Below, piece by piece: positions 32,263-46,600 of a DNA stretch of 64,000 nucleotides. The notes under the pieces were generated by a model that saw only the letters and a list, made by a program, of their open reading frames with translations, was not told the origin of the DNA and made no database searches. Made by a program: the position numbers and the translations under genes. Within the stretch, counting starts at the first letter, position 1. Each line of letters begins with the position of its first letter. The DNA comes from Trichoplax sp. H2 (Eukaryota), in NCBI GenBank assembly GCA_003344405.1, contig NOWV01000114.1, positions 62,001 to 126,000 of the forward strand. The letters are read 5' to 3'.

Positions 32263-34299
32263 ATTGTTTTGTGTTTATTGTTCAGGCTAAATTGATTGCG
32301 ATTAGCCGATGCAGTACGGTATTCTACCGTATTAATATACTAATAATATTATTGCTGAATACCTTCAGCGTACGAAGATAATACGTTATCCTGGTAAGAT
32401 TTTCTCCATGTGAACATTTTCATAGGCACTTATTAAACTTTGATTACTTGCTTTAATTTGCTTAAAGATTTAAAGAAACTTGCATAAATTGTAAAATCTT
32501 TGGCTTGTATATAATAGTAATGTCACTTTGCCTCGCATATCTTCCAGTATAGCGAAAACTGTCTTAGGCTAACCCAATTCCTTAACATTATTTTCAGTTA
32601 GATAGCTACAGCGCTGCATAGTATAGTACATCAAATAGCACTACGCTCTGATCAAATATGAGTGTCAATGCTACAGTAATGTCAAGATATAAGCGTAGAT
32701 CTTTCGCATCGCTATAGCAGCTAGTCCTTTAAACAGCTATTAAAACTTTCCCGGATAGAGTTCATATTCATACACGCTTTATCTTAATACAAATGTAACT
32801 GAGATCGAGTGATACGTCAGTTTTATCTTATAGTTCTTATAGAATCTTGTAAATCTTTTTATCCCTCAATCATACGGCTAAAAGAAAGTAGAATACAGCT
32901 AATCATAAATTGCGTAATCAAGTTACTTTCGATTTTATGTTCCCGTATAAAGGATCCACTACAAATATCCAGACTTCTGTCACTAATTGTTCACTAGTTA
33001 CCGTTCAATAAACTTCCAAGATTAATTATGTAAGCGTTAATAAAGTTACAACCTTACAAAATAATATCGCGAAATAATTCAGCGATACTAACCAAAATTT
33101 ATAAATTTACGACCGTTTACTAGTGAATCTGCCATAATTAATGGCTCTTGGAACATGATCTATCATCTAGTCGACTTTTATCAGCTGTTCGTATAGTGAC
33201 TCATCACAATCAAAACCAATAGCATGAAATAATTACAATAAAGTTTTTGGAAAGATACAAATTAAATATTAGTACTATATTTATCATCTATGCATGCCTC
33301 CTATAACTTCAGACATACATGGCTATAATAGAGCGCATCTTAAGCTGGAGAATAGCACAGATACTTTGCTAATCAATTTAAAGTTTAAATGCTGACGCTA
33401 GGTTAATTAGAAGGATTATCATTGTCGTGTATAAGAATGCAAAATACTATTATAACCATTTCAGTCATAACCAGAGTGAGATACGAATTTTAAGCGCGAA
33501 ATATAGCGAGCGAGGGACATACTAGTAAGTAATTGATATCCTATTATTATAGAAATTAATCATAACAGTCTAACGGTAATGTGTAAAATTCGTATACGTT
33601 TTACTTTAACTGTTCTACCTTTTTGCAAAAATGAATATGCAGTATTATTGGTCCTTCAATGTATAGTAATAAGTGCATGGTTTTAATATTAAGATCTGAG
33701 TTCTAACGAATTGTAGACGGCGGCTTTAAATTTAGAACACGTAATATTATAGTGAGTATGCTACGAAAATGTAGTCCATTAATCGTAAACTAGTAGTGTT
33801 GCACTACTATACGCACTGTAGCATTATATGAATTCATTACGCAAATATATGTAAATCGAGTCGAAATGAGAAGATATTTACTATATGCACTACGGTATAA
33901 TTTGACAATAAGACTTTTAAACAGCAAAATCGGTAGGGATAAACTTTCCTTTCTGACCCTATCGTACATTCAAATTCGATGACTGTGATGATGTACATAC
34001 TATACATGGTCAGATAAATGAACTACTGGTACGGAGATTAATTAATAACCATCACTTACAAGAGATTATAAGTTCGAATTTTATAGCAGTATAATAAGCA
34101 TTCGAGTATGTATAATATTATATAAATAAACCAAACTTAATTGTTATATCATTTGGCCTACAACTATATGACTAGTAATGCACGAAATTCAGACTGTAGT
34201 CAATAATGGTCAGCAATAAGGTTAGCGTTGTTATGGTGCGGTACATGCTCAGTGAATCAGATCTGATCACTGCAAAACTTAGCTAGGTGACTGATATCA

Positions 34300-35681
34300 C
34301 TCACTACAAAACCAGTTATTACGAATTTAAGCTGATTATTTCAATTTTAATTCCGTGTATCGGTTTATTCACGCAATCCATATTTACAGTTATTACATCA
34401 ATTCAAAATATTCGTGATACGGATAATATTGAAAACATTATCACCTTTTAGTATTGGTTGTTCTAATCTAGTTCATAGTCTTCAAATTGAGTGCGGTATA
34501 TCAACATTATACGTTAGCTCGAATTTTAGTCATTGAGTACTCGATCTGTTAAATCAAAATCGCAATAATACAGTTACTTATCCAGTGTTACTGTGTTTCT
34601 TTCTTAACGATACATCATCATTTGATCATTTAACGGCTGTGCGACAATATTTATCCGCTCATCGTCAAGAAATTGATAATCAAGAGGTAACTTCCAGTGA
34701 AGTTATTAAATTTTATACGGAAATGATGTTAATAATAATAATAATGCACGCGAAGAAATTGGACGTATCAAACACTATGAATTATGGAAAAATTCAGTCA
34801 GCTTTTAATTATTGATATCGCCTGAAGAAGAAACTGGCGTTGAGCATCCCTCAATGCCGATACTCACACATCATAGACTCGTATACAGTACAAAGGAATA
34901 CTCGCAGTGAAATATTTCTTAATACCAGTTTTATATATTCTGAAATTCCACAGGTCTATCATACAATCAATTTTATCAAAACACCGTTAATGAAAGCTAT
35001 TACTAAATAAAGACATGAAATTATACATAATATTCACCATCAACCTTCGGTAACTACTAGAACAATTTGTTATATAGCAACTTATATTACGGAATGATAC
35101 GATATTAATGCGAGAGTTAACCGAAGTATTATCACTAAATCGGATGAATAGAAAGCCATTGCTCATGAGAATCTAACCTTAGTTGTTTTATTATTGACCA
35201 TTATATGTTTTGCTTATCCATTGCTACTATTTTTACTTTATCGCTTAATGAGTTACATGCAAATTTAGCTAAAAGTTTATCATAGTGGACTGATCAATTA
35301 AATCAGGAACGTCTACGTGCCGATAATTTGTTACACCAGATGATGAAATGTTCTGTTGCTGATCAATTAAAAACCCTCCCTCAGTTCCAGCTGAATCGTT
35401 CGATGATGTTACCGTTTACATTAGTGATATAGTACACCAATTCAAGTAGTTCACATGTATACTCAACTCCATTTGCGGATCTTTGATAATAAAATTAACG
35501 AATCAACGCTTATAAAATGAAAACTGTGGGGACACTTATATAATTGTATCTGGTTTGCCTAACAAACGGCTTGCAGTAGAAGTTGCTAATTTCTCATCTG
35601 AAGTGCAAGTTGGATTACATGATATTCGCGTGTCACATATGCAAAATTCTTCCATTCAATTCAGAATTGAAATTCATTCAG
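34300..35681 (+). pseudogene. Decayed tandem paralog of the NIT-guanylate cyclase (exon 1 only recognisable)
   Basis: Colinear fragments ILIPCIGLF, LVHSLQIECGISTLYVS, QLNQERLRADNLLHQM, AESFDDVTVYISDIV, AYKMKTVG, IVSGLP and FRIEIHS(G) occur in shifting frames with multiple stops. The relic ends at the same phase-1 GT donor (35682) as exon 1 of the intact gene. Confidence 0.88.
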
Positions 35682-37652
35682 GTATGGATACAATGAAAAT
35701 ATTCTTGCATTAATATATTTTATGCTAATGTAAAATAGACGATTAGCCTATGTCTTCGATAGATATTAATTATGATCATCGATAGATCTCGATCGTCCTT
35801 AACGTTATAGCAATTGTTTTTATTTGTTTCAGCATTTCTGAAGTCAGGTAAAAAATTATGTATACATCATATCCATCCCTACTTAACTCAAATTTTCTCC
35901 TTACCTTCAGTCATAAAACTCAATTTCTATATTGAGTACAGTACTATACGCGTATAACCTCACTATGAATTTGGTGTACTAAGACATGTACTTCTCTGTT
36001 GAAATAGCTTATTTTAATAGTCCTTGTTTTAAATTGTTAGACAATCAACGGCATGTCATGTCATTTACCTATCAAATGTTTGTGTGCATTGTTGTATTGC
36101 GGTCCAATTCACTTCAGCTATTAAATTAATTTATGCTGCAAACTATCCCTTAAGTTGACGTTTACTTTATGCGTTGATAGGTGGAAGTCAAACTTGATAC
36201 TACTGTATTAACGTATCAGAAGCTCGTTCTGATTTAATTTTTAAGGATTAGATTTTGGCTTTTAATTAATCCGTTACAATTATTTTCATTGTTATAATTT
36301 ATTTTCATATTATTTTAAATTAGCAGGCAAATAATATTCTTTAGTCAATCCTTATTTAAATTTTTTCTCTTTGTATTAATAGAATAAGTTTTCTAAATAA
36401 GCTAAATTTTATAATATTTATTTGGATTCTCCTACTCTATTTAATTTCAAGTAAGATTGATCTGAAGGAGGTAGTGTAGATCGTGTAGTCAGTTTACGCG
36501 TATAATGCTATATTTTACCAAATGTTTATAGTTTGATCTTTCGATAATTACTTTAGATTTATCATATTTCTTGAGCAGTTCGTCCCTAAAATGTTTCGTG
36601 ATTAGAGTAGTACAGTATTTCATACAATTCCTACTACCTACATTACTTGAAAATTATCGTATCATTTATTATCTATCACGGTGTTATATTGTTTTTTGAA
36701 GGACCATAATTTAATTTGCAACGTTATTGTAATCATAGAAAAGAACAATTTTTCACCGTTGCAATAGTATAGGAAGGGAAAACATACAGTCCTTTAAAAA
36801 TCGATACCAACTAAGAAGAGGACTAATTGAAGATTTTTGCGTATCTTCCAGCTTATTATTTAGAATTTTGTGAAGTTATCAACTTTGCAGTTTGTATTTA
36901 CTGTTAGTACGAATTACTTATAATTACAATTGGATGAATTTTCCGTGTCCTTGCACGACTGTTTACCTAACTGGCTAGTTTATCATTTATACATATCAGA
37001 TAAGACACGGAAGTAATGGCGCAATCGCAACTGAAAATCTTGTTGATTAGATGATTGTAATGGAATCTGGATTGCAGATTTCGTATAGCGGTAGAGAACG
37101 AAAATGAATATGAAATAAGGCTGTTTTATACCTCTAAACTATCTGCTAATGTATTCCAAAGTAAACTATAATATTGGATGAAATGTAAGTGGCAATGATC
37201 GCAAGGCGGTAAAAACATTTATTTCATAGTTCGTTTATGGACAACTGATCCGCGATGCAATTATACATCAACACAATTCAAAACGACAGTTAAATAAAAG
37301 AAGCTGCTTTGAAAAATTTATATTTATAATACTTTACAGTATAATTACAACCAGCAAAAAGAAATCAACTGAACATTTTATGAGATTTCATAGTTGCAAC
37401 GTATTCATTTTACATGCCAGTAACCCTTTCTAGTTGTCACTACAGTAGGGTACACTGTAGCAATTGCCTGCTGAATGGTATATTCACCAAAATTGCGTAA
37501 CACACTATATGGTAGATAACTTCACGAAAAATGCTAAATAGGTAACTGACAAGTTATAAAATTTTACTGTTTCGATATTGCGGTTACAATGTATGATACA
37601 GTACAAGAATATTTATTAGTGTTTTATTGTTATCAATAGCTGATAGAATAAC

Positions 37653-40600
37653 CTAAGTTTTATCATTTAATCTTGTCAATGCCCTCGTTTTTGGGCGGGA
37701 TGTAAGAGAGTTATTAGGATGGTTTACCTGTCGATGGGCTTTCTTTTTCTTTGCCGAAGCTGGAGGCTTATTTTTCGTTTGCAATGCCAAGCCTTCGTTC
37801 ACGAAATTGAGATTATTTTCCTGTATGCGTAACGACCTAATCATATCCATAGTTTTACTAAGAAGCCATTGCTTATCCTGAAAATTCAGTTAATATATTT
37901 CTAGATAAGTCTTACGTTTGTGACACATACTACGTAAATATTATTTTAAATAGTGCATACTGGTAGGTTGTTTAATAAAATCTCAAAGGCAGATCCAGTA
38001 TCCTTGTCTAAGTTTTGAGATACTTTTGTAAGTTCTGTTGCTGTTGCTATGGGTACAGCTAGAGACATTCGCGGCTTCGTTTGCAGATTGCATATCGAAA
38101 CAGCCATACCAACGGTTAACAAATCGTCAACAGCATAATGCTATAAAATTGTGATTAGTTCATTGTCAGACCTTACTAACATCAGAGAATAAAGTTACTA
38201 GGTAAACGAAACCGTACCTACCTTCAACCCGTTGACAAATCGTATGCAAAGGAGATTGCAGTCTTTATCAGCCAAATATACTGAATCTACTAATCTAAAA
38301 TTTTGATAGTGTAATCAGGTTATCTTGTACTTCTAAATTAGGTGAAATAAAGCACTAAAAATGATTCTACCGAGTTAATGCTGATTCACAATTGAAATCT
38401 ACATAGACTACAATTCCGACACAATCGAACTCATCAAAAGGCATTGAAGTGAATTTCGATTTGACATTACCAACTTGATAGACCTATTTCAAACATCAAG
38501 CGATAAATAATGCTTTATTGGTCTAGATTTATTTGGTTCTATTACATAAAATCATCTACCTGACGTTCGATGTAAAGACGTTCAATTGCAACTCGATAAG
38601 TTGTTATAGGAATAAATTTTGTTATACGAGTTGTAGAAAGCTGTCAATATACATCAAATCTAAGGGTTAATGCTTAACGACTGTTACCTTCAAATGTATA
38701 AAATAAAATATGAATATGGATAGAAAGATACCTGAGCACTGCTGGATGTATTTTGAAATCTAGAAACTTAAAATGTTAGCTATCTGCGGTTTGAAAAATC
38801 ATCAAATACTACGGAACAATAAAAATGTTAAGTGATACCTATTAGGAGATGCCGTAAGATGATAAATTCTCAGCAGGTTTCCTTCATTCAACATTTCTAG
38901 AATCTCATCGCTGGGTTTCCAAATAGTAAGAAAGCAATCTGGCATCCTTGATTTCTTGCGCTGATAATTGATAAGCCTAATCTTTTTTATAGGAGTGACG
39001 GCACTACTAGAAAACTTTAAATTGGTGAAACTAGTATCAATACAGTATAATTTTTCACAGCGGTAGTATATTTCAAAAACGACTGTATTTAATACTTTTT
39101 TAACATTGTCTTGTATCTTTCCTTGGATAACTGTTTGGATTTTTTCTACTTCAAAGCGATTTTGTGATAGCCGATAGTTCATCATATTTTGACGCTGTTT
39201 CTCATTAAGCTGTTTCTAAAATTAAAATAATCGTGGTATATCTTTGCTGAATATATATTGAAAATTCAATACAAAAGGAACTAACTAAAGTCTGGGTAAA
39301 ATCCGCCAATACTACAAATGATATTAAGAAAGTTATGATCTATACTTCAAAATTCGCAGGATCAGCAGCAACCCAGTATAGTTCGAAAAGTTTCTTTCCG
39401 TCTTCAATCGTTTCAATATTTTCGAAGGATTGCCTAGCCCTTTTCTTGTTTTGATCTGAGATAAAGTTACATACGTTATAATGCTTCGATTTCTCCGCAA
39501 ATAATACTATTACTGTATATCAAATCTTTGTGATAGAAATCACGATCAAAACTTATTGCCTCTATTGATGCTGAGTTCTAATTCCTTGAATGCCTCTAAG
39601 TATAGAGATTCAGCGAATTTTTCGCTCTTTTCGATTCTTGCTCTTGCTGCTCGATCCTCAGCACGTTCGCTATATACCCGAACGCAGTCATCGGTTTTTT
39701 CCATATATGTTAAGGGATAGCTACGCGCTACAACTACATCCAGCCTGCCTACAAGTCCACCATCAGCATAAATGGTATCAATAGGAATAGGAAAAGCTCG
39801 AGAATGGCGTTGGTACCCCAACTTAGAATACCATTTTGCTCTTCTTGTCGAATTAGCAGAAAGACGCAACATTAGGGTATCGGGAGCCTAAAAGTAAATG
39901 TTACGAAATAGAACGATAAACTAATTCTCAACTCTGCGGTAACATACAAAGGAACAAGATTTTAAAAGAATAATGTAGAATCTTTGTTATGTTCAATTAC
40001 GTTATATCACTAAAATTAATCGTATTTGGTATTTCGTACATCTAAGGGCGACACCGCATTAGTGGATCCAATCAATTCCGCACCAAAGATACATAACTTT
40101 TGTCCAATCGAAATTTTACCATCTGTTAATAACTTTGTAAGTGGCCGGTCTAAAAGGCCCTTAATGCTATACCATCCATCCGTTAACTCTATAACAGCAA
40201 ATGTTGGTGCCTATTGTAATAAATTCCATAACTTATGATAAATTGCAATAGCAATGCAATGTATGCGCATTTACGTATAGTCCTTAAGGAATTAATTTCG
40301 CCGACTTTAATTTCTAATTTACTCTGCTGTCTGAACTTACACTTTCATCTATCGTATCGCTAGATTTTTCGGGTTTACTTATAATATCGGATACACAAAG
40401 AACCAAAGTCCGACATGCGGTATCATCTCTTTCATAAATTTTCTTTAGTGCGGATCTTTTCGAGACGAAGATGTCAAACAGGATCATGTTAACTTTATAC
40501 AGTTAATCTTTCATTCTTTACTATAATCTTAAAACTGTATCGGGAGAATCCTACCTACCTTTTACAGTTATTTATTTCCGTATCATATCGATATTTTAAC

Positions 40601-43600
40601 TGATGTAGAACAACTTCAGGCGTTAAGGACCTATATGAATCGATTAATGATTGTCTTTACTAAATCGTATAACAATAATTCACGTGTAATAAGTGATAAG
40701 CAAACACTAATGTATAATGCTCTTAATAAACTCCGAACAATGGGTCTAAAAACTGTACCTGGACGCAAAACACTGAGGGAAAAAAACTTCATAAGCAGCT
40801 AATTTCCAAACGATCCATTTAAAATGATTAGCTACCCATTCCTCACTTATAAGCGACGGATTAATACTCGGTGCTCTAAGGAATGCCCTGTTTAAAGTTT
40901 GATTTCAGTACTACTGATTACTGCATATTAATATTACTGTTTCCATGTACATGTAATAGTTCGAATAATACCTAGTAAAATCGTGTAGATCCAAAAAGCT
41001 ATTATTTGTTAACAAGTAAATATCATCTTCTGTCTTGATATTAAACCTTTCGCAGCTTGATTCTTGACAGTTGGATTCCCTTGGTTTAAACTTAAAGGAC
41101 ATAGCAGTCTTACTTGTCACACTTAATACATTTTCTGTAAGTCCATAGGCCTCTAGCTAGTTAATTAAAATAGAATTAATTACAGTTAAATTACACGATC
41201 TGTTATTACAAATTAAGCATCAGAGCTTTTATTACGTGATTTTGACAACAATAAACGTGATACATTAATACCAGACTATGCCATGTAGAAACGTACTGCA
41301 ACACGAATACGCTCACAAATTTGATACCTGATCTCTTGTAAAGTTCTGTAATTGTCCATAAGAGATTAAAGATTTTAAACTATAGCGCTTGCTGCTCGTA
41401 TTTATTTTCATTCGCAGCCAATAACCGGTTTGAGAGAAAGGGTCTTGATTATTTTCCATGAGAATATGAGTATTACGACCATTGCGGGGGCTACTTTTTG
41501 GATAGCTTACGGCGTTGGCATTTTCTGCATTTTTAATTCATTACGTTATTAATTTTAATAAGTTTATCAAATTTAGACTACTTGCAAAAAATACGCGGCA
41601 GCCTCATTTAAGCAAAGATACGTAGTCAACGATATTGTCTGTTAGTAAACTCTTAACGCCTTTTGATCGCAGATTACACTCTAATTATCTCATAAAACGG
41701 TAATTTCTGCATTTGATAAATATAAAGTCTTAACCTCTCTCCGTCCAGCAATTTAAATGTCTAGAGATCTTCGAAGGATAAAGACAATGCATACTTCCAT
41801 TTCTCTTTATATTAAAACTACTTTTAAACCTAGATTTAAACAGTAAAGCTGTATTTAGTCTTGGTAAAACAAAAACATAAGTTAAAACTACAATTGTGAA
41901 CTCATCTACCTTTTAAGGGTTGAATTGTTTTGACGATGATATTGACCTCCGATAGGAGTACAACGCACCGGTTTCAATGCCGGCTTAGAAGGCACACGAT
42001 CAGCAAACGTAACTAAAAAAAAGTATATTAAAGACGTATTCTAGTAATAATATTAAGGTATCCCCAAAATTATCATAAGTAGGTCGAGATCATGGGGTTA
42101 TCCTGATAATTAACATACCGTATTCGCGAATTTAGTAAAAACTGTATAGCTGGATACACAAGGCTATTTACAATTTAAATTTAGTACAATTAAATCAAGA
42201 ATTGTGCTTACATGTTGGAGATGTTGATATTGGTATAAGGCGTTTACGCATACCATCTACCTATCAAGAATAAAAATAGAACTAAAATTACATAACTAGA
42301 GAAAGACTTCTGAGGATCCAAATAAATTACAAAAGTTAGAGGGTCACTAATAGTTACATAATGGTACCAACGATTCGATTAATAAATTTATAAAGACTTT
42401 TTAAAGAAGCATTATATTACTGATACTGTACTGAAGTTGAACAAGAAGTAAGCCCAAGACAACTAATAATGAGATGTTACAATAGCATTAATATTATAAT
42501 GCTATGTCGCCTTCCGACGTATAACAATATTTAAAAATAAAGTCTAAAACTACAGGCTATCGAATTCTTAACAATTTATTATGGTTGTAGAAAATACGTT
42601 AATGTAGCTCTCGCATATCTTTTCTCGGAAAATGCAAAGTTAGTATTCTATTTTACCGAATTTTTTTCCAAATTCCTATCGCATTTTGTTTCTGCCTCAA
42701 AGATATAAATATATGCTTAGTTATTCCGAGAGTCAAGTTCGAGAACGATAGGGAACACACAAATATCGTGACTAGTAACGTCTAGATTTAGCTGTTACAT
42801 CATGCAGTAAGACTGATTGCAAGCGTTAAAAATGTACGCGTAGATCTAGTTACCGTTTTTGGAGATTTTTGAACCGGTATCGAAGGCGAGAACAGAACTA
42901 TCTATTTTACTTTTTCGCCAGTGATCATCAGAAAGTAAGGCTTTCGCACATTCTTCACTTTCTCGTACTACTTCCAAATCAGTCATAGAATGAAGACTAG
43001 GAATCGAAGAACTACCGCAATTATTACTTTCAAAAACATTATTTTTTGTCGTTGGATTATCGCCTTCAGTCTCAGATAAAAGTAATCTTGCCTTACGCAA
43101 CGATTCTTCTGATACTTTAATATTAGTCCCTTTTGCAGATTTGAATCCGCCCATAATGCACGGTTTTCCCCTGTTAACAAGCTGGTTGGTTTCATCGATC
43201 GTATTCATATTGATATCTGGCTTGACATGAGGTTCGACAGGGGTTTTATTTCTGCTTTGGAATGCATCGCTCCGGCAAGGGGTTTCAATGTTGCTGTTTT
43301 TGACTGAATTGCTTTTGCTATCGAATGTTTCACCAATATGGCAGATAGTATCATCAGGATCTAAAATCTTTTCAGATTTTATTGCTAATTCAAGCAGTGG
43401 TTCGTTTATTGTTGAGCTGTCACGATGAATTTCAGATAAAAGTGATTCCGCTAAATCTAAAGATGCATCCGAAACAGTAATGTTTGTGCCTTTAGCAGTT
43501 TGAAATCCAGAGTTTACATTTCCAGAGATATCTAGTTTATCATTTTTTGTACTACTTTTCAGATTATGTTGACCAGAGGGAGATTCAGACAAGCCAATTT

Positions 43601-46600
43601 TGTCTAGTATATCGCAATTTCTTAACTGCGTATTGGAACTCCTTATAGCACTTTCAGTTCTATTTCGATGAATCTCCGGTTCCCCTACTTTCTTAAAACC
43701 TTTACTGGTGGCATATCTATAGATAAAATTTTTATCTATGTTGCTAAAAGAATTATTACTATTCGATGCCACCTCTTCCGATTTTAGTTCTGGCTGCATC
43801 TCGTCTATTGCGAAGTTTTCAAAACCCACTTCAGACAATAGTAATTTCGCCGACTGTAATGCTTCATCAGATATAGTAATACATCCACCTCTAGCAGTTT
43901 GAAAATCAAAATCTACCTTAGATCTTTTATTAGTACGAGTATCTGTTTGTTGGTAAGCACTTGAATTATCTTCAGTATTGCCTCGTTGAAAATCAGAATT
44001 TCGCATTATATGAAGCTTATTCGATTCATGGTGCTCTTGGGATTCACGTTTACCTGACACTTTTATTGATATGTCGCGATCTTGCATAAGTACGCATTTT
44101 TTCTCTTTCACAAAGTCACTACCCTCGACAAAATTGTTCGAGAAATCCTGACGGTTCTGATTACCAACATCATTTTGAGTCTTTATCCTTTCAGATTCCC
44201 TATCTAATAATTGGTGGCTTTCGAAATCATTAAGTAGGGCATTAACTTGTTTAAGTGATTCAGTAGATGCGCAAACCTCTTTGCTTGAGGCAGTTGCAAA
44301 AGCAACACTATTACATGCAATTTCAGAGGCATTATTTTTAGAATTACTATGAACTTTATTTGTATTCGAGGTCTTCTTTATGGATTGCATTCGCACACCC
44401 GTATTTGATTTTTCTGAGTTGTTTAAAGATTTGGTTTTGGACTGAACTGATCGAGGTGGTACAAATTGTGACACACGCTTCCGTGTATGTGGGGACTTGA
44501 GATCCTCTAACGAACCATCAGAGAGGTTGTCTATGTCTTTCAGTAAGATCGTAGCGCGATGAAGAGCTGCCTTCGATATAGGAACCTTTTGACCGGATGC
44601 TGTACTAAATCCTGATAGACCATCCGAAGACTTGGAATCCTTTATAAATGATGCGGCAGTATTGTGACAGCTAGAATGAGAATCAGGTCTTAACCTTTGA
44701 GACTTATTACCAGGCTTCAAGTTCGATGTATAGCTATTGGTACGATGGAAAGATTTCTGCTCTGAAGATGAAAAATCCTCCCTTATTAATAATGTATTAG
44801 ATTTATTTTGGTTAGCTAACATTAAGCCCTGGCCTTTCGTGATTGAAGTCAAATCAGAATCGATCAAGGATGGAGAACCTCTTTTTAGAGGCGAAACTTT
44901 CTCTTCGGTAGTGTCTAGCTCTAGATCACTTTCTTTTCGCAATCCTTCAATAAAGTTGTTAGCTTCGAGCTCAATTTCCATCATCATAGCCTTAGCTTCA
45001 TTAAGATGCTTGTCAGATATTCGAACTTTTTTTCCAGTTGCAGTCCGAAAACTGCAAATGTTCTCAATAGGTGTATTTAAACAGTTTAAATGCTGACTGC
45101 CATTAGCAACCGTCTCAGCTGCTTCCATTTCTTTTGATTCAGCCTCGAGAAGTACTTCATCGGAAACTTCATTCCTTTCGGTACAAATGAATTGGGCATC
45201 AAGATGATTCTTAGGATGGTGTACTACGTCCAGATTCTTCTTAAACCGGCTTAAATCGTCAGGGCTTGGACATGTTTGGGTGCATACAACATCAGCACTG
45301 GCACTTTCATTGTTATCGTTATTCTGTAAGTCTATTCTATATCCATTCTTTTCTGCGTTTTCAAATTCCGTATTTAATAGGCTGTAAGAAATATCTTCAG
45401 GTGTGGAAGTAATATCTGTATTGATGACAACCAGATTCTTAGTAGCTTCACTTAAGCAATTTCTTTTATCATAATAAATTTTCGAGTTTTCAGTCAAAAT
45501 TTGATATTTTGACTGCACCATGGTTTCCGGCGTACTTTGTTTCTTTCCTATAATAATAGACGTACCATATTCAGTCCAAAAAACAATACTATAAGTGCTT
45601 TATCAAGAAGATACTGATATTTTACTTTTTTTTTCCAGTACAGGATTGTACATGGAACCAAATCCACTACTTTCAGTTGCGTTGGGTAATAATTTGGCTA
45701 AATCTTCCGCCCCGTTATTATCAGTGTGACTGTTAATTACATTAGTGTTTCCGAGATTTGTTTGGAACGCTGTATCAAAAAGTACTCTTGCTACAACCTA
45801 GAGAGATAAAATGTCTCCATTTAAATACTGAGCATAGCATGAAAATAATACTTAACATCGTAGACTTAGATATTAAGAAGACCTTTGATTGGCTGTTTAT
45901 TCTTGATGCATTGTTACTACTATTCATTGTTATATCCTTGCAATTTGATCCTGTAAATGCAGCTAAAAATTTAGGTATAAATGTTAATAAATCCTTGAAT
46001 AATAGCACTCTTTAGAACGCAGATATCGCCGGTTACATCAATCTCTTCAGGTACTAACTTTGTCCTTCCGCATTCTGAAAAGATCTATGATTTTTAGATA
46101 ATCCTTTGCTACTAGATGGAGGTGGAGTAGCTAAGGAATCCGTCCAAATGTAGTAATTATCATCTTCTATACTAATAATTGGATGTGTTTGTATTGTATT
46201 TTGAATCTAAGCAAAACGACAATATAGTACTTAAAGCAGTTCATAAAGTAAATCTTAGCGCGCTTATGCACATCTATTAAATAATTCATAAAGTTATAAA
46301 TACTACCTTCGGGGTTGCAATCGAACAATTGGATAAATCTGCCGAGAACAAATAGTAACGTTAACTTTATGTAATTAAAGCTTGAAGACGAAATCTGCCA
46401 AGGTTATAATTTAAAGAAAGCATTCGGAAGCTACTTACCTGATTTAGGCTTGTCGTTTACAGTTTGTATAAAGGTTGCTAAGCGCGACTGGGGCTGACAT
46501 CTATAATTTTACAGACAAAAAATTCTACAACTATTATCACAGAAACTACTGTAGCTGAGCTTAAGTTCTATTTAATTATGTATAATAAAGATTACATAAG

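Noticed and set aside
36415-36900. Short exon-like open stretches on the minus strand downstream of BRCA2
   Set aside because: They are interrupted by stops and show no recognisable homology, and I could not build a consistent gene model.
37995-38010. GTATCCTT (U12-type donor word); similar words near 19090 and 45932
   Set aside because: They lie within exons and on the strand opposite the genes. No minor-spliceosome intron was needed in any gene model.
44737-45096. Antisense ORFs over BRCA2 (also 39590, 40026, 45758), ARL6IP4 (18845), SBDS (50467), TYW1 (62167, 62797) and others
   Set aside because: They are shadows of real exons on the opposite strand, with no independent homology recognisable.
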